This document shows, in pieces, positions 22,577-32,897 of a DNA stretch of 64,000 nucleotides. Under the pieces are notes generated by a model that did no database searches, was not told where the DNA came from, and saw nothing but the letters and a program-made list of their open reading frames with translations. This DNA is from Parcubacteria group bacterium (GTDB lineage: Bacteria; Patescibacteriota; Minisyncoccia; UBA10092), in assembly GCA_016186325.1 (NCBI GenBank), contig JACPLW010000010.1, positions 22,856 through 86,855 on the forward strand, given 5' to 3'. The translations under genes were made by a program, and so were the position numbers. How positions within the stretch are numbered: the stretch's first letter is position 1; each line of letters starts with the position of its first letter.

Positions 22577-24154
22577 TTATCTCTTCCAAAGTCTTAACAA
22601 GCTTTTTCCGGTCATTTCCGGAGGTTGTTTTAATTCCATTAACTCTAAGATCGTCGGCGTCACATCGGCCAAAATGCCATCTACCCCAATTTTTCCAAGC
22701 TCAACCTCTTCCGGTGTTTTTTCCCGGTTAAAATCATTGGCGATAAGGTAAAAAGGCACTGGGCTGTCAGTGTGTTCCGTATGCGGCTGGCCAGTTAAAA
22801 GGTCAATCATCTCGTCGGCATTGCCATGGTCGGAAGTAATTATAAGTACGGCGTTGGTTTTCAGCGATTCAGCCATCAGTTGGCCCATCTCTTTGTCTAA
22901 AATCTCAATAGCGGAAACCGCGGCCTTAAAACTTCCGGTATGGGCAATCATATCGGCATTGGCGTAATTGACAACGATAAAATCATATTTTTTTGAATTT
23001 ATGGATTCAATAATTTTTTCCGTAATTTCTTCGGCCGCCATTGCCTGGTTTTCTTCAAAATTACTGTCGCGCATTGTCGGAATAATTATTCTGTCTTCCT
23101 TTGGGAAAGGATTTTCAATCCCGCCATTAAAAAAATAAGTTATATGCGCGTATTTTTCTGTTTCCGCGATATGAATTTGGGCTTTACCGGCATCGGAAAT
23201 CATTTTTGCCAAAGAATTTTCAATTTTTAGCGGTTCAAACAAAACATGGATAGGGAGGCTTTCTTCATAGCGGGTCATTGTGGCAAAATAGAGGTTATTT
23301 ATTTTATCTCTTACAAACTTATTGAAATTTTCTTCTACAAAAGCGCGAGTTAATTGCCGGGCGCTGTCTTCTCTAAAATCTAAATAGATAACGGCATCGC
23401 CGTCTTTAATCAATCCATCATTTTCTGAAGAAGGCCCGGCGATTACTTTCGGTTCAATAAATTCATCGGTCAGGCCCTTATCGTAATCCGATTGAAGAGC
23501 GCTTTTTGTATCGCTGTAAATCTCGCCCGAGGCTTCGGTTAAGAGGCGATACGCTTTTTCGGTTTTGTCCCAGCTGTTGTCTCTATCCATCGCAAAGTGG
23601 CGGCCGATTAAATTCACGATTTTTGCAAAAGGATATTCCTGCGCTATTTTGTTTTGCACTTTTTCATAAAAATTCAGCGCTTCTTTGGGTGGCGAATCGC
23701 GGCCGTCGGTAAATGCGTGGATAAAGACTTTTTCTAAGTTTTCCTTTTTGGCGAATTCTAAAAGAGCGTAAAGATGATCGATGTAGCTATGAACATTGCC
23801 GCTGCCGATAAGGCCCATGATATGGAAAGCCGAATTGTTTTTTCTGATATGTTCAACCGCGCCAAGAAGCGCCGGATTTGCGTAAAAAGAGCCGTCGCGA
23901 ATGGCGAAAATAATGCGCGGCAGATACTGGTAGACAATTCTTCCGGAACCAAGATTCAAGTGGCCGACTTCGGAATTACCTTCTTCGCCCCACGGCTGGC
24001 CAACGGCGATTCCCGATGCCTGAAGATTAGTCACCCTAAAATTTTTTTCAATAAAATCAAAGTTTGGTTTACGGGCTTTAAAAATAGCGTTAGCCGCGTT
24101 TTCCGGCCCCCGCCCGTATCCGTCTAAAATTACTAAAATAACCGGTTTGTACAT
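22577..24154 (-). CDS. gpmI: 2,3-bisphosphoglycerate-independent phosphoglycerate mutase
   Basis: MYKPVILVILDGYGRG N-terminus and TSDHGN. 525 aa. A perfect 12-bp-stem hairpin at 22536-22571 serves as the terminator. Confidence 0.8.
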   Translation of the reverse strand: MYKPVILVILDGYGRGPENAANAIFKARKPNFDFIEKNFRVTNLQASGIAVGQPWGEEGNSEVGHLNLGSGRIVYQYLPRIIFAIRDGSFYANPALLGAVEHIRKNNSAFHIMGLIGSGNVHSYIDHLYALLEFAKKENLEKVFIHAFTDGRDSPPKEALNFYEKVQNKIAQEYPFAKIVNLIGRHFAMDRDNSWDKTEKAYRLLTEASGEIYSDTKSALQSDYDKGLTDEFIEPKVIAGPSSENDGLIKDGDAVIYLDFREDSARQLTRAFVEENFNKFVRDKINNLYFATMTRYEESLPIHVLFEPLKIENSLAKMISDAGKAQIHIAETEKYAHITYFFNGGIENPFPKEDRIIIPTMRDSNFEENQAMAAEEITEKIIESINSKKYDFIVVNYANADMIAHTGSFKAAVSAIEILDKEMGQLMAESLKTNAVLIITSDHGNADEMIDLLTGQPHTEHTDSPVPFYLIANDFNREKTPEEVELGKIGVDGILADVTPTILELMELKQPPEMTGKSLLRLWKR

Positions 24155-24238
24155 ATGAACATATAATACAATTTTTAATTAATAATTTCTAATTTTTGTA
24201 TGATTAAATTATTCTTATCTGTTATATTATCTTAATTC

Positions 24239-24278
24239 TTTATCCGCATTCATGTCCTCGAGGCATCTTGTGCGGATA
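24239..24278. promoter_or_regulatory. 40-bp nested palindrome (ttatccgcattcatgtcctcgaggcatcttgtgcggataa) upstream of the PaaX-like gene. Possible operator or terminator
   Basis: Read directly. A second, near-identical copy lies downstream at 24931-24970. Confidence 0.45.
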
Positions 24279-24326
24279 AAACTTTTAGTATATTATTTAG
24301 TATAATATTTTATTTATGATTTTAAT

Positions 24327-24896
24327 ATGATCTTAAAAGGGAAATCATTGACTAGGGAAATATTATTTGTGGTTGCCGTTAGTCCAATTTTGCTTTCTGC
24401 CCTATTTGCTCCCAACGCAGTTCAGCTTTTAAAGCCGTTGATTAAATGGCGTAAAAATTGGGATAAGATTGATTATAAACGAATCCATGAAGCAGTACGG
24501 AGACTAAACAATAAAAGATTAGTAAGATTAACGGAAAAAGGCGATAAGTTATTTATAGAAATTACCGACAGCGGTAAACGATTAGTTAAAAACTTTGATT
24601 ATGATAATTTAGAACTGCCCAAACTAAAAGAATGGGACAAAAAATGGCGGTTGGTGGTCTTTGACATTCCCAATAAAAAGAAAAAAGAAAGGCGCGCTTT
24701 TTCCAGAAAATTAAAAGATATTGGTTTTTATCCTCTGCAGGAAAGCGTATTTATTTATCCTTATGATTGCCGCGATGAAATGGATTTTATTTGCGAATTT
24801 TTATCAATCGGCCGTTATATAAATTATTGTATTGTTGAATCTTTAGATAAAAGAGAAGGAGATCTGCGCCGAATCTTTGATTTAGAGCTTTCTTAA
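24327..24896 (+). CDS. PaaX-family regulator-like protein (Cas2/VapD-fold C-terminal domain)
   Basis: WDKKWRLVVFDIPNKKKKERRAFSRKLKDIGFYPLQESVFIYP matches the PaaX C-terminal domain consensus (WxxxWxLVxFDIPE...R...L...GFG.L..SV). Confidence 0.5.
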   Translation: MILKGKSLTREILFVVAVSPILLSALFAPNAVQLLKPLIKWRKNWDKIDYKRIHEAVRRLNNKRLVRLTEKGDKLFIEITDSGKRLVKNFDYDNLELPKLKEWDKKWRLVVFDIPNKKKKERRAFSRKLKDIGFYPLQESVFIYPYDCRDEMDFICEFLSIGRYINYCIVESLDKREGDLRRIFDLELS

Positions 24897-24930
24897 AGTA
24901 CTGGGCGCAAAAAGTATTTTGAAAAGTTGT

Positions 24931-24970
24931 TTATCCGCATATGTGTCCTCGAGGTCAGATATGCGGATAA
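24931..24970. promoter_or_regulatory. Second copy of the 40-bp palindrome (ttatccgcatatgtgtcctcgaggtcagatatgcggataa)
   Basis: Read directly. 12-bp outer stem with the cctcgagg core. Confidence 0.45.
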
Positions 24971-25078
24971 CTTAAAGATGATTTAAATTTAAAAACGTTT
25001 TTTAATATATAAACTTGCTAAATTCTAATTGGCGGGATATTCTGAATTTAGAATGAACGGCAGAGAGGAGAAATTGTC

Positions 25079-25627
25079 ATGAAAAGATTACCGCGCACAC
25101 AATTTGGAAATCCCATACTAAGAAAAAGGGCCAAAACAGTTTCTCCAAAGCTGTTCGGTAGTCGTTCTTTGAAACAGCTTATTAAAGAAATGTTTTTTAC
25201 CATGCGGCACGTAGGTGGAGTTGGTCTTGCGGCTCCACAGATTGGGAAACCTCTTCAACTCGCAGTCATTGAGATCAAGAAAACACCGATACGACCAGAA
25301 GTTGTACCTTTAGCACCAACTGTGATTATCAATCCGGAGATCCTTACAGTTTCAAAAGAAAAAATCAACGACTGGGAAGGTTGTTTAAGCTTACCGAATG
25401 TCCGCGGCCTAGTACCTAGACATAAAGGAGTAACCATAAAATACTTTGATCAATCCGGCGAAAGACGCATTGTGAAACTTCATGGATTTCAAGCGAGAGT
25501 TTTCCAACACGAAATTGATCATCTTGATGGCACGGTATACGTAGACAGGATGCAAGACATGCAAAGCCTTATGACCTCCGGAGAATTCAAGAGGCGCATT
25601 CTTAGTAAGGGGCTTAAGAGCAAGTAA
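25079..25627 (+). CDS. def: Peptide deformylase
   Basis: GVGLAAPQIG, EGCLSLP and QHEIDHLDG motifs. Confidence 0.8.
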   Translation: MKRLPRTQFGNPILRKRAKTVSPKLFGSRSLKQLIKEMFFTMRHVGGVGLAAPQIGKPLQLAVIEIKKTPIRPEVVPLAPTVIINPEILTVSKEKINDWEGCLSLPNVRGLVPRHKGVTIKYFDQSGERRIVKLHGFQARVFQHEIDHLDGTVYVDRMQDMQSLMTSGEFKRRILSKGLKSK

Positions 25628-25714
25628 AATAAATTATTATAGCGTTGTTACTTTTCCTCTGTTATGGGAGAATCGACAGCGCTTTTATTTTTAAACACCT
25701 TTCTTTTTTAATCA

Positions 25715-25743
25715 TTGACAAAATGTTTGGATACGGTTAAATT
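25715..25743 (+). promoter_or_regulatory. Sigma70-like promoter of the str operon (TTGACA, 17-nt spacer, TAAATT)
   Basis: Read directly. The GGAGG SD and the rpsL ATG at 25753 follow. Confidence 0.45.
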
Positions 25744-25752
25744 ATGGAGGTT

Positions 25753-26163
25753 ATGCCGACTATTCATCAACTAATAAAAAAACCGAGGCGACCGAAGAAA
25801 AGCAAGACCAAATCTCCGGCTTTGCAGTATTATTTTAATTCCATAAAAAATCGGCCGGTATTTTCATCTTCTCCTTTTAAACGCGGCGTTTGCGTTAAGG
25901 TTTTTACTACAACTCCAAAAAAACCAAACTCGGCTTTGCGGAAAGTGGCCAGAGTCCGCCTAACCAACGGCAAAGAAGTAACGGCCTATATCGGCGGCGA
26001 GGGCCACAGTCTGCAGGAACACTCGGTGGTTGTTATTCGAGGAGGCCGCGTTAAGGATCTCCCCGGCGTTCGGTATCACATTGTGCGAGGCATTTTGGAT
26101 TTTGCCGGAGTAGAAGGAAGAAAGCAGGAGCGAAGCAAATACGGGGTGAAAAAACCAAAATGA
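25753..26163 (+). CDS. rpsL: 30S ribosomal protein S12
   Basis: PTIHQLIKK...[18 protein letters not shown]...VRYHIVRG. Confidence 0.9.
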   Translation: MPTIHQLIKKPRRPKKSKTKSPALQYYFNSIKNRPVFSSSPFKRGVCVKVFTTTPKKPNSALRKVARVRLTNGKEVTAYIGGEGHSLQEHSVVVIRGGRVKDLPGVRYHIVRGILDFAGVEGRKQERSKYGVKKPK

Positions 26164-26627
26164 GGCGAAAAACAAAAATAAAAAGATATATTATTCCCGA
26201 TGAGCGATATAATAACCCGGTTGTTTCCAAACTGGTGAATTATGTTATGCGGAACGGTAAAAAATCGGTTGCTCAAAAAGTTGTCTATACTTCGTTTGAC
26301 ATAATAAAAGAAAAAACAAAAGCCAATCCGATTGAAATTTTTGACAGAGCGATGAGAAACATTACGCCCTCAATTGAGGTAAAATCGCGCCGGGTAGGCG
26401 GCGCCAATTATCAAGTGCCCCAGCCGGTACGCAATGAAAGAAAAGTTCAACTGGCTTTTAGGTGGCTTCTTCTTGCCGCAAAATCAAAAAAGGGAAAACC
26501 TATGGCCGAAAAACTGGCCGAAGAATTAATGCTTGCTTCAAACAACGAAGGATCGGCAATAAGAAAGAAGCTGGATACCCATAGGATGGCTGAAGCAAAC
26601 AGGGCATTCGCGCATTTTTCATGGTAG
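26160..26627 (+). CDS. rpsG: 30S ribosomal protein S7
   Basis: [27 protein letters not shown]... Confidence 0.9.
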   Translation: MRRKTKIKRYIIPDERYNNPVVSKLVNYVMRNGKKSVAQKVVYTSFDIIKEKTKANPIEIFDRAMRNITPSIEVKSRRVGGANYQVPQPVRNERKVQLAFRWLLLAAKSKKGKPMAEKLAEELMLASNNEGSAIRKKLDTHRMAEANRAFAHFSW

Positions 26628-28756
26628 AAAAAAAAATATTTCCAATAGAAAAAGTCCGCAATATCGGTATTATTGCTCATATTGACGCCGGAAAAACCAC
26701 CGTTTCCGAGCGTATTTTGTTTTACACCGGCATTTCTCACAAAATCGGCGAGGTTCATGAAGGGGCGGCTGTTATGGATTGGATGGAACAGGAAAGAGAA
26801 CGGGGCATTACTATTACGGCAGCGGCCACAACGACTTTTTGGACCCCGACTCTTTTATTGAAAGAACCCACCTCCGCCGAAGCTGCGGCGGGCAAGGAAA
26901 ACGAACACCGCATTAACATTATTGATACTCCCGGGCACATTGATTTTACCGTTGAAGTTCAGCGTTCACTTAGGGTTTTGGATGGCGCCGTTGTAGTGTT
27001 TGACGGCGTTGCCGGCGTTGAACCGCAGTCAGAAACCGTTTGGCGCCAAGCCGATAAATACGGCGTGCCAAGAATTTGCCTTATAAATAAATTGGACCGG
27101 ACGGGCGCGTCTTTTGAAAAAAGTTTGGCATCAATTCACGAGCGTCTGACATTGAATGCCGTTCCGGTAAATTTGCCGAACGGACTTGAAGAAAAATTTG
27201 AGGGCGTCATTGATCTTATTGAAGAGAAGGCCGTTCGTTTTTTGGGCGAACATGGCGAAAAAGTTGAGTATTTTGATATTCCGGAGAGTCTTAAAAAACA
27301 AGCGGTTGAAGCCAGAAAAAGCTTGATAGAAAAAACCGTCGAAACCGACGACGAATTGATGGCAAAATATTTGGAAGGACAGGCGATTTCTAAAGACGAA
27401 ATTAGAAAAGCAATAAGAAAGGCGGTCATTGGGAATAAAATTATTCCGGTTTTTTGCGGCTCGGCCTTAAAAAATAAAGGCATTCAGCTTGTGCTTGACG
27501 GCGTTGTAGAGTATTTGCCCAGTCCAGCAGATCTTCCCCCCACTAAAGGCATTGAACCAAAAACCGGCGCTGAAATTTTACGCGAACCGAAAAATGATGA
27601 ACCGTTTACGGCGCTGGCTTTTAAAATTGCAAGCGATCCTTACGTCGGCTCGCTTACTTATTTTCGCGTTTACTCGGGGAAGCTTTCAAAAGGTTCTTAT
27701 GTTTTAAACTCATCCAAGGATTACAAAGAGCGAGTCAGCCGGATTTTGCTGATGCATGCTAACGATCGGGAGGAAGTTGAGGAAATAAAAGCCGGTGAAA
27801 TCGGCGCCATTGTCGGATTAAAAAACACCACCACAGGCGATACGCTTTGCGACGAAGAACATCCGATTATTTTGGAAAAAATTGTTTTCCCGGAACCGGT
27901 CATTTCCCAAAAGATAGAACCAAAAACTAAAGCCGACCAGGAAAGAATGGGTCTGGCTATGAAACGTTTGTCTGAAGAAGATCCGACTTTCAGGATTAAG
28001 TCAGATTCCGAAACCGGTGAAACCATAATTTCGGGCATGGGTGAACTTCATCTGGAAATTATTGTTGATCGGATGAAAAGAGAATTTAAAGTTGAGGCCA
28101 ACATTGGTCGGCCGCAAGTTGCTTACAAAGAGACAGTCAGAAAAGCGGCCGAAGCTGAAGGTAAATATATTCGGCAATCGGGCGGCCGCGGCCAATACGG
28201 CCATGTTTGGTTGAGAGTTGAGCCTGCCGACCGGGGGAGCGGTTTTGAATTTATTGATGAAATCAAAGGCGGCGTTATTCCGCAGGAATTCATTCCGGCG
28301 GTTGAAAAAGGCATACGCGAAGCCATGGAAAAGGGCGTTAAAGGCGGATTTCCGATGGTTGACATGAAGGCGGCTCTTTATGACGGTTCTTATCACGATG
28401 TTGACTCTTCTGAAGCAGCTTTTAAAATTGCCGCCTCAATTGCTTTTCAGGAAGCCGCAAGACGCGCTACTGTAGTATTTCTTGAGCCGATTATGAAAGT
28501 TGAAGTGGTAACTCCGGAACAGTTTTTTGGCGATGTCACCGGCGACCTAAATTCCAAGCGTGGTAAAATTGAACAAATGTCGGAAAGAGCAATGCTAAAA
28601 GTAATTGATGCCAAGGTGCCGCTTTCTGAAATGTTCGGCTACGCCACCAAGCTTCGCTCAATGAGCCAAGGTCGCGCGAGTTATACTATGGAGTTTGATC
28701 ACTATGAAGAAGTTCCAAATAATGTCGCGGAATTGATTGTTGCGGGTAAAAAGTAG
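26621..28756 (+). CDS. fusA: Elongation factor G
   Basis: [14 protein letters not shown]-domain, DTPGHIDF and overall EF-G layout. 711 aa. Confidence 0.9.
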   Translation: MVEKKIFPIEKVRNIGIIAHIDAGKTTVSERILFYTGISHKIGEVHEGAAVMDWMEQERERGITITAAATTTFWTPTLLLKEPTSAEAAAGKENEHRINIIDTPGHIDFTVEVQRSLRVLDGAVVVFDGVAGVEPQSETVWRQADKYGVPRICLINKLDRTGASFEKSLASIHERLTLNAVPVNLPNGLEEKFEGVIDLIEEKAVRFLGEHGEKVEYFDIPESLKKQAVEARKSLIEKTVETDDELMAKYLEGQAISKDEIRKAIRKAVIGNKIIPVFCGSALKNKGIQLVLDGVVEYLPSPADLPPTKGIEPKTGAEILREPKNDEPFTALAFKIASDPYVGSLTYFRVYSGKLSKGSYVLNSSKDYKERVSRILLMHANDREEVEEIKAGEIGAIVGLKNTTTGDTLCDEEHPIILEKIVFPEPVISQKIEPKTKADQERMGLAMKRLSEEDPTFRIKSDSETGETIISGMGELHLEIIVDRMKREFKVEANIGRPQVAYKETVRKAAEAEGKYIRQSGGRGQYGHVWLRVEPADRGSGFEFIDEIKGGVIPQEFIPAVEKGIREAMEKGVKGGFPMVDMKAALYDGSYHDVDSSEAAFKIAASIAFQEAARRATVVFLEPIMKVEVVTPEQFFGDVTGDLNSKRGKIEQMSERAMLKVIDAKVPLSEMFGYATKLRSMSQGRASYTMEFDHYEEVPNNVAELIVAGKK

Positions 28757-28768
28757 TTAATAACAAAC

Positions 28769-29005
28769 ATGTACGAAACAATAAAAAAATTTTTAGAAGA
28801 AGGAGGGAAATGTCTTTTGATTGAAGACGGAAAGCCGATTGGCGTTGTTTTGACGATGGAAGAATACGAAAAACTTCAACCTTCGCCGAAAAAAGATGAG
28901 GTTGCGGCCTCGACCGAAACGGCGGTGAATATGGATGAACTTGATTTTGCGTCGCCCGATGATATTACGCTTGAAGATTTAGGGTTAGATGAAATATCGG
29001 AATAA
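28769..29005 (+). CDS. Phd/YefM-like antitoxin-domain protein with an acidic tail
   Basis: GKPIGVVLTMEEYEKL resembles the Phd/YefM N-terminal motif. Confidence 0.4.
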   Translation: MYETIKKFLEEGGKCLLIEDGKPIGVVLTMEEYEKLQPSPKKDEVAASTETAVNMDELDFASPDDITLEDLGLDEISE

Positions 29006-29066
29006 AGATTAAGTCGGGCTATTTTTTACTTTTGCAAAAATTTTTTGCTTTTGGTATATTTACAAC

Positions 29067-29270
29067 GTGTCCACTAAAACATTAGAAAGAGTAAAAGCGG
29101 AAATCAAAAGAGAGCTCATGCAAGAGTTTGTTTTACCAATTCTACGAGAGGTTAAAGATGCCGAAGGGGAATACAAAGAAGCCTTTATAAGGCAAGTGTT
29201 GAAGATGGCGAAAGAAAAGCCCAGTTATGTCTACGACCCTAAGACTTTTTTAGGCCAAATTAAGAAATAA
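29067..29270 (+). CDS. Hypothetical small protein (putative antitoxin of the downstream relE-like gene)
   Basis: 67-aa ORF with a GTG start, ending 9 bp before the toxin start. Assignment by position only. Confidence 0.3.
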   Translation: MSTKTLERVKAEIKRELMQEFVLPILREVKDAEGEYKEAFIRQVLKMAKEKPSYVYDPKTFLGQIKK

Positions 29271-29278
29271 TAATTTAG

Positions 29279-29543
29279 ATGCATCGGCTTATTTTCGGCA
29301 AGGCATTTCTTGATTCTTCCAAAAAGTTAGATGAAATCATTAAGCCCAAGCTAAAATCTAGTTTGGATTTTTTTATCACTAAACCCATTTCACTCATCTT
29401 TACACACTAAGCCGCTTACCGGAAAACTTTCCGGTTTTTATTCTTTCAGATTAAGCAGAGATTATAGGGTTATTTTTAAAATTATTTCTTCTGAAGAAAT
29501 TTACTTAATAAGAGTTGGCCATCGTAGGGATATTTATAGATAG
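29279..29543 (+). pseudogene. RelE/ParE-family toxin gene disrupted by a +1 frameshift in a T7 homopolymer (29358-29364)
   Basis: N-terminal frame MHRLIFGKAFLDSSKKLDEIIKPKLKSSLDF. After the T7 run the other frame reads LSLNPFHSSLHTKPLTGKLSGFYSFRLSRDYRVIFKIISSEEIYLIRVGHRRDIYR*. Removing one T restores an intact 87-aa RelE-like protein. Confidence 0.55.
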
Positions 29544-29681
29544 AATTTTATTTTTGTAAAATATAGTTTATAACTATGTGTGAACATTACCGCGGTCTAT
29601 TGACTAATTTTGGTTTTTAGTGCTATAATTTAGCAGGCTTAAAAACCATAAAATCACAAAGATCAAAGGAGGAGCGAAAAT

Positions 29682-30242
29682 ATGGGAAGAATCCCTGTAG
29701 AGCTCAAAGATCAACGTGATAAACTTATAACTAAAGTTTTAGCAGAAAGAAATGGTCATAATCTTTCGGAAATAGCCAGAAAGCTTTCTGGCCACCCTCT
29801 TTTTTCTGGATCAAAAAACTATAAGGTTATTTACCAATATATTCTGCGTTTAGCATATCAGAACGAGGCTACTGGCGAGGGCCAAAGGTCGTCGCTAAAG
29901 TCAACTCCCAACACGCCTAGCCAATCGCGTTTTGAACAAGTGGTCAACCGTGTTTCTTTACATCTTCCGGTTGGAACTGCAGATCAAATTGCACGACTTC
30001 TTAGAGTGCTTCGCGCTGAATTTTCCTTGTTGGAGCAAGAAGCACTTAAAGCAAAACAACTTGAATTGGAAGTGTGTAATCTTAAGAGTCATCGCTGTAT
30101 GGATGTTGACACGACGCTCCGTGAAGAAAATGAGCGTCTCAAAGAAAGAATTGCATTTCTTGAACGTCGGGTAGAGGCGCTCTCGCGTCTGACAACCCCG
30201 AAGATCGATAATGATAAACACCTAGCAATTGCGGGTAGGTAA
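29682..30242 (+). CDS. Hypothetical protein with a C-terminal coiled coil
   Basis: 186-aa ORF with aggag SD. Heptad-like LEQEALKAKQLELEV...LKERIAFLERRVEAL. No family recognised. Confidence 0.4.
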   Translation: MGRIPVELKDQRDKLITKVLAERNGHNLSEIARKLSGHPLFSGSKNYKVIYQYILRLAYQNEATGEGQRSSLKSTPNTPSQSRFEQVVNRVSLHLPVGTADQIARLLRVLRAEFSLLEQEALKAKQLELEVCNLKSHRCMDVDTTLREENERLKERIAFLERRVEALSRLTTPKIDNDKHLAIAGR

Positions 30243-30360
30243 TAATAGATCCGCAAATTAATCCAGGAGAGCCGCATAATTGCGGCTCTTTAATATACTT
30301 ATAACAATAGAGTTATCTTGATAACACGGAAAAATACAGAGCTTTTTATAAAATAAACAG

Positions 30361-30389
30361 TTGACAGATTTGGCTGTATTGACTAAAAT
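30361..30389 (+). promoter_or_regulatory. Sigma70-like promoter for tuf (TTGACA, 17-nt spacer, TAAAAT)
   Basis: Read directly. A leader of about 135 nt contains the hairpin tcctcc-ttcgcataaagctac-ggagga, which pairs the SD with an upstream anti-SD. Confidence 0.5.
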
Positions 30390-30527
30390 GGGATTTGCGT
30401 GTTAAAAATATAAAGCTAATGTATGGCGACCCCAGTTCTAATTTTACTGGAATAGCTTAAAAAATTTTATTATTAGTAATCTAAATTTATCCTCCTTCGC
30501 ATAAAGCTACGGAGGACAAGTAAAAAT

Positions 30528-31721
30528 ATGGCAGAAAAATTTGAACGAACAAAGCCCCATCTTAATGTCGGAACCATCGGCCACGTTGACCATGGCAAAA
30601 CCACTTTAACGGCGGCTATTACCAAGATTCTTCATATGAAGGGCTTGGCGAAAAAAGCGGAGTCGGTTGACGATATTGATAAAGCGCCCGAGGAAAAAGC
30701 GCGCGGCATTACGATTCAGTTGCATCACTCCGAGTATGAATCAGAAAAGCGCCACTATGCGCACATCGACGCTCCAGGCCATGCCGATTACATCAAAAAC
30801 ATGATTACCGGCGCGGCGCAGATGGATGGCGCCATTCTCGTTGTTGCCGCGACCGACGGTCCGATGCCCCAAACAAGAGAACATATTCTTTTGGCGCGCC
30901 AGGTTGGCGTTCCGTCTTTGGTGGTTTTCTTGAACAAGGTTGATATGGTTTCCGATCCGGAACTGGTAGATTTGGTTGAAGCTGAAATTCGCGAACTTTT
31001 AACTAAATACGGATTTCCCGGCGATAAAGTGCCGGTAATCCGCGGTTCGGCTCTTAAGGCGCTTGAAGCTAAATCTCCTGATGACGAAGCGGCTAAACCA
31101 ATTCTTGAGTTAGTTCAAGCGCTTGATGATTTTATTCCCGAGCCGGTTCGCGAAATCGAAAAACCGTTTCTTATGCCGATTGAAGACATCTTTTCAATTG
31201 AAGGCCGCGGTACGGTTGTGACCGGCCGGATTGAAAGGGGCATGGTTAAACTTAACGATGAAGTTGATATAATCGGCTTAAGACCGAATCAAAAAACAAT
31301 CATTACCGGTATTGAAATGTTTAATAAGTCGCTTGACGAAGGCCGCGCGGGCGATAATGCCGGCATTCTTATCCGTGGTCTTAAGAAAGAAGACGTTGAA
31401 CGCGGCCAGGTTTTAGCCAAACCAGGTTCGGTAACACCGCACACAGAGTTTGACGCGGAAGTTTATATTCTTACTAAAGAAGAGGGCGGCCGGCATACTC
31501 CATTTTTTACGAACTACAAGCCGCAGTTTTATATCAGAACTACCGATGTTACCGGCGAAGTTGTTTTGGCTCCCGGAGTAGAGATGGTTATGCCCGGCGA
31601 TACCGTAAAATTCTCCGTTAAATTAATTGCTCCCGTGGCTCTGGAAGAACAGCAACGATTCGCTATTAGAGAGGGCGGTAAAACAGTCGGCGCCGGTGTT
31701 GTGACGAAAGTCAATAAATAA
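30528..31721 (+). CDS. tuf: Elongation factor Tu
   Basis: [18 protein letters not shown] and NKVD motifs. 397 aa. Confidence 0.95.
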   Translation: MAEKFERTKPHLNVGTIGHVDHGKTTLTAAITKILHMKGLAKKAESVDDIDKAPEEKARGITIQLHHSEYESEKRHYAHIDAPGHADYIKNMITGAAQMDGAILVVAATDGPMPQTREHILLARQVGVPSLVVFLNKVDMVSDPELVDLVEAEIRELLTKYGFPGDKVPVIRGSALKALEAKSPDDEAAKPILELVQALDDFIPEPVREIEKPFLMPIEDIFSIEGRGTVVTGRIERGMVKLNDEVDIIGLRPNQKTIITGIEMFNKSLDEGRAGDNAGILIRGLKKEDVERGQVLAKPGSVTPHTEFDAEVYILTKEEGGRHTPFFTNYKPQFYIRTTDVTGEVVLAPGVEMVMPGDTVKFSVKLIAPVALEEQQRFAIREGGKTVGAGVVTKVNK

Positions 31722-31767
31722 TTATTTCCGGTTAGTTCTCTGTTCTTAGTTCTTAAAAACAAATTAA

Positions 31768-32094
31768 ATGGCTAAAGAAAAAGAAGAAATAAAACAAAGA
31801 ATAAGAATCAGAATCAAGGCCTACGATAACAAAATTATTGATTCTTCGGCAAAACAAATTGTAGAAACGGCTCAGCGCCAAGGCGCTCGGGTTTTGGGGC
31901 CGATTCCCTTGCCAACAGAAACAAAAAAATATACCGTAAATTCTTCCACTTTTGTCCATAAGAACAGCCGCGATCAATACGAGATGAGGGTTCATAAAAG
32001 ACTGATAGATATTTTCAGTCCTACCGCAAAAACTATTGACGCTTTGACCAGCCTTAATCTTCCGGCCGGAGTTGATATAGAAATAAAAATGTAA
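31768..32094 (+). CDS. rpsJ: 30S ribosomal protein S10
   Basis: [42 protein letters not shown]. Confidence 0.9.
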   Translation: MAKEKEEIKQRIRIRIKAYDNKIIDSSAKQIVETAQRQGARVLGPIPLPTETKKYTVNSSTFVHKNSRDQYEMRVHKRLIDIFSPTAKTIDALTSLNLPAGVDIEIKM

Positions 32095-32162
32095 GGGCTT
32101 TCTCAAAAAACTCCGAGCCCGATGAGGGTTCGGAGTTTTTTGTCAGAAAACCTTATCCCGCC

Positions 32163-32780
32163 ATGGCGGGATTAAAAAATTTTATGAAGTTTATATTAGG
32201 AAAAAAAATCGGGATGACTCAAGTTTATAAGGGAAACAACATTGTCCCCGTAACTTTAATAGAAAGCGGGTCTAATTTTGTTACTCAAGTCAGGACAAGA
32301 GATAAAGATGGTTATTCAGCTGTTCAATTGGGTTTTGGTGGAGCAAAAAAAACCAATAAACCAAGATTAGGCCATCTTAAAAATCTTCCCCAGTTAAAAC
32401 ATTTGAAAGAATTTAGAGTTGATTCCACCGAACTTAAAACAGGTGATGAAATAGATGTCTCTAATTTAAATGCCGGAGAGAAAGTAACGGTAGTAGCAAT
32501 TTCAAAAGGCAAGGGATTTCAGGGTGTTGTTAAAAGGCATGGATTTCATGGCGGGCCAAAAAGCCACGGTCAAAAAGACCGCCATCGCGCTCCCGGCTCT
32601 ATTGGCGCATCGTGGCCCCAGCATGTCATAAAGGGAATGAGAATGGCGGGCCGGACGGGCGGCGATAAAATAACCGTTAAAAATGTGGAAATTGTTGAAA
32701 TTGATAAAGAAAATAATATTATTGCTCTTAAGGGGGCGGTGCCGGGAAGGCGGGGGACTTTAGTTATGATAAAAAGTTAA
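32163..32780 (+). CDS. rplC: 50S ribosomal protein L3
   Basis: KKIGMTQVY...GFQGVVKRHGFHGG. Confidence 0.9.
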   Translation: MAGLKNFMKFILGKKIGMTQVYKGNNIVPVTLIESGSNFVTQVRTRDKDGYSAVQLGFGGAKKTNKPRLGHLKNLPQLKHLKEFRVDSTELKTGDEIDVSNLNAGEKVTVVAISKGKGFQGVVKRHGFHGGPKSHGQKDRHRAPGSIGASWPQHVIKGMRMAGRTGGDKITVKNVEIVEIDKENNIIALKGAVPGRRGTLVMIKS

Positions 32781-32897
32781 CCCGCTCTGAAAATAAATAT
32801 TAGTTCTCTAAACAAAAATTAAAAATGAACAGCCCCCGCGTTGCGCGGGGGCCGACTCCGCACGATTGCGGGGTCTTAAGAAAGAACGGTTGGTTGT

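Noticed and set aside
28769-29005. Acidic-tailed 78-aa protein considered as a Pup/UBact-like modifier
   Set aside because: The N-terminus looks like a folded Phd/YefM antitoxin domain and the C-terminus ends ...DEISE, not the Gly-Gly-Gln/Glu tail of Pup. It lies 13 kb from the ligase genes.
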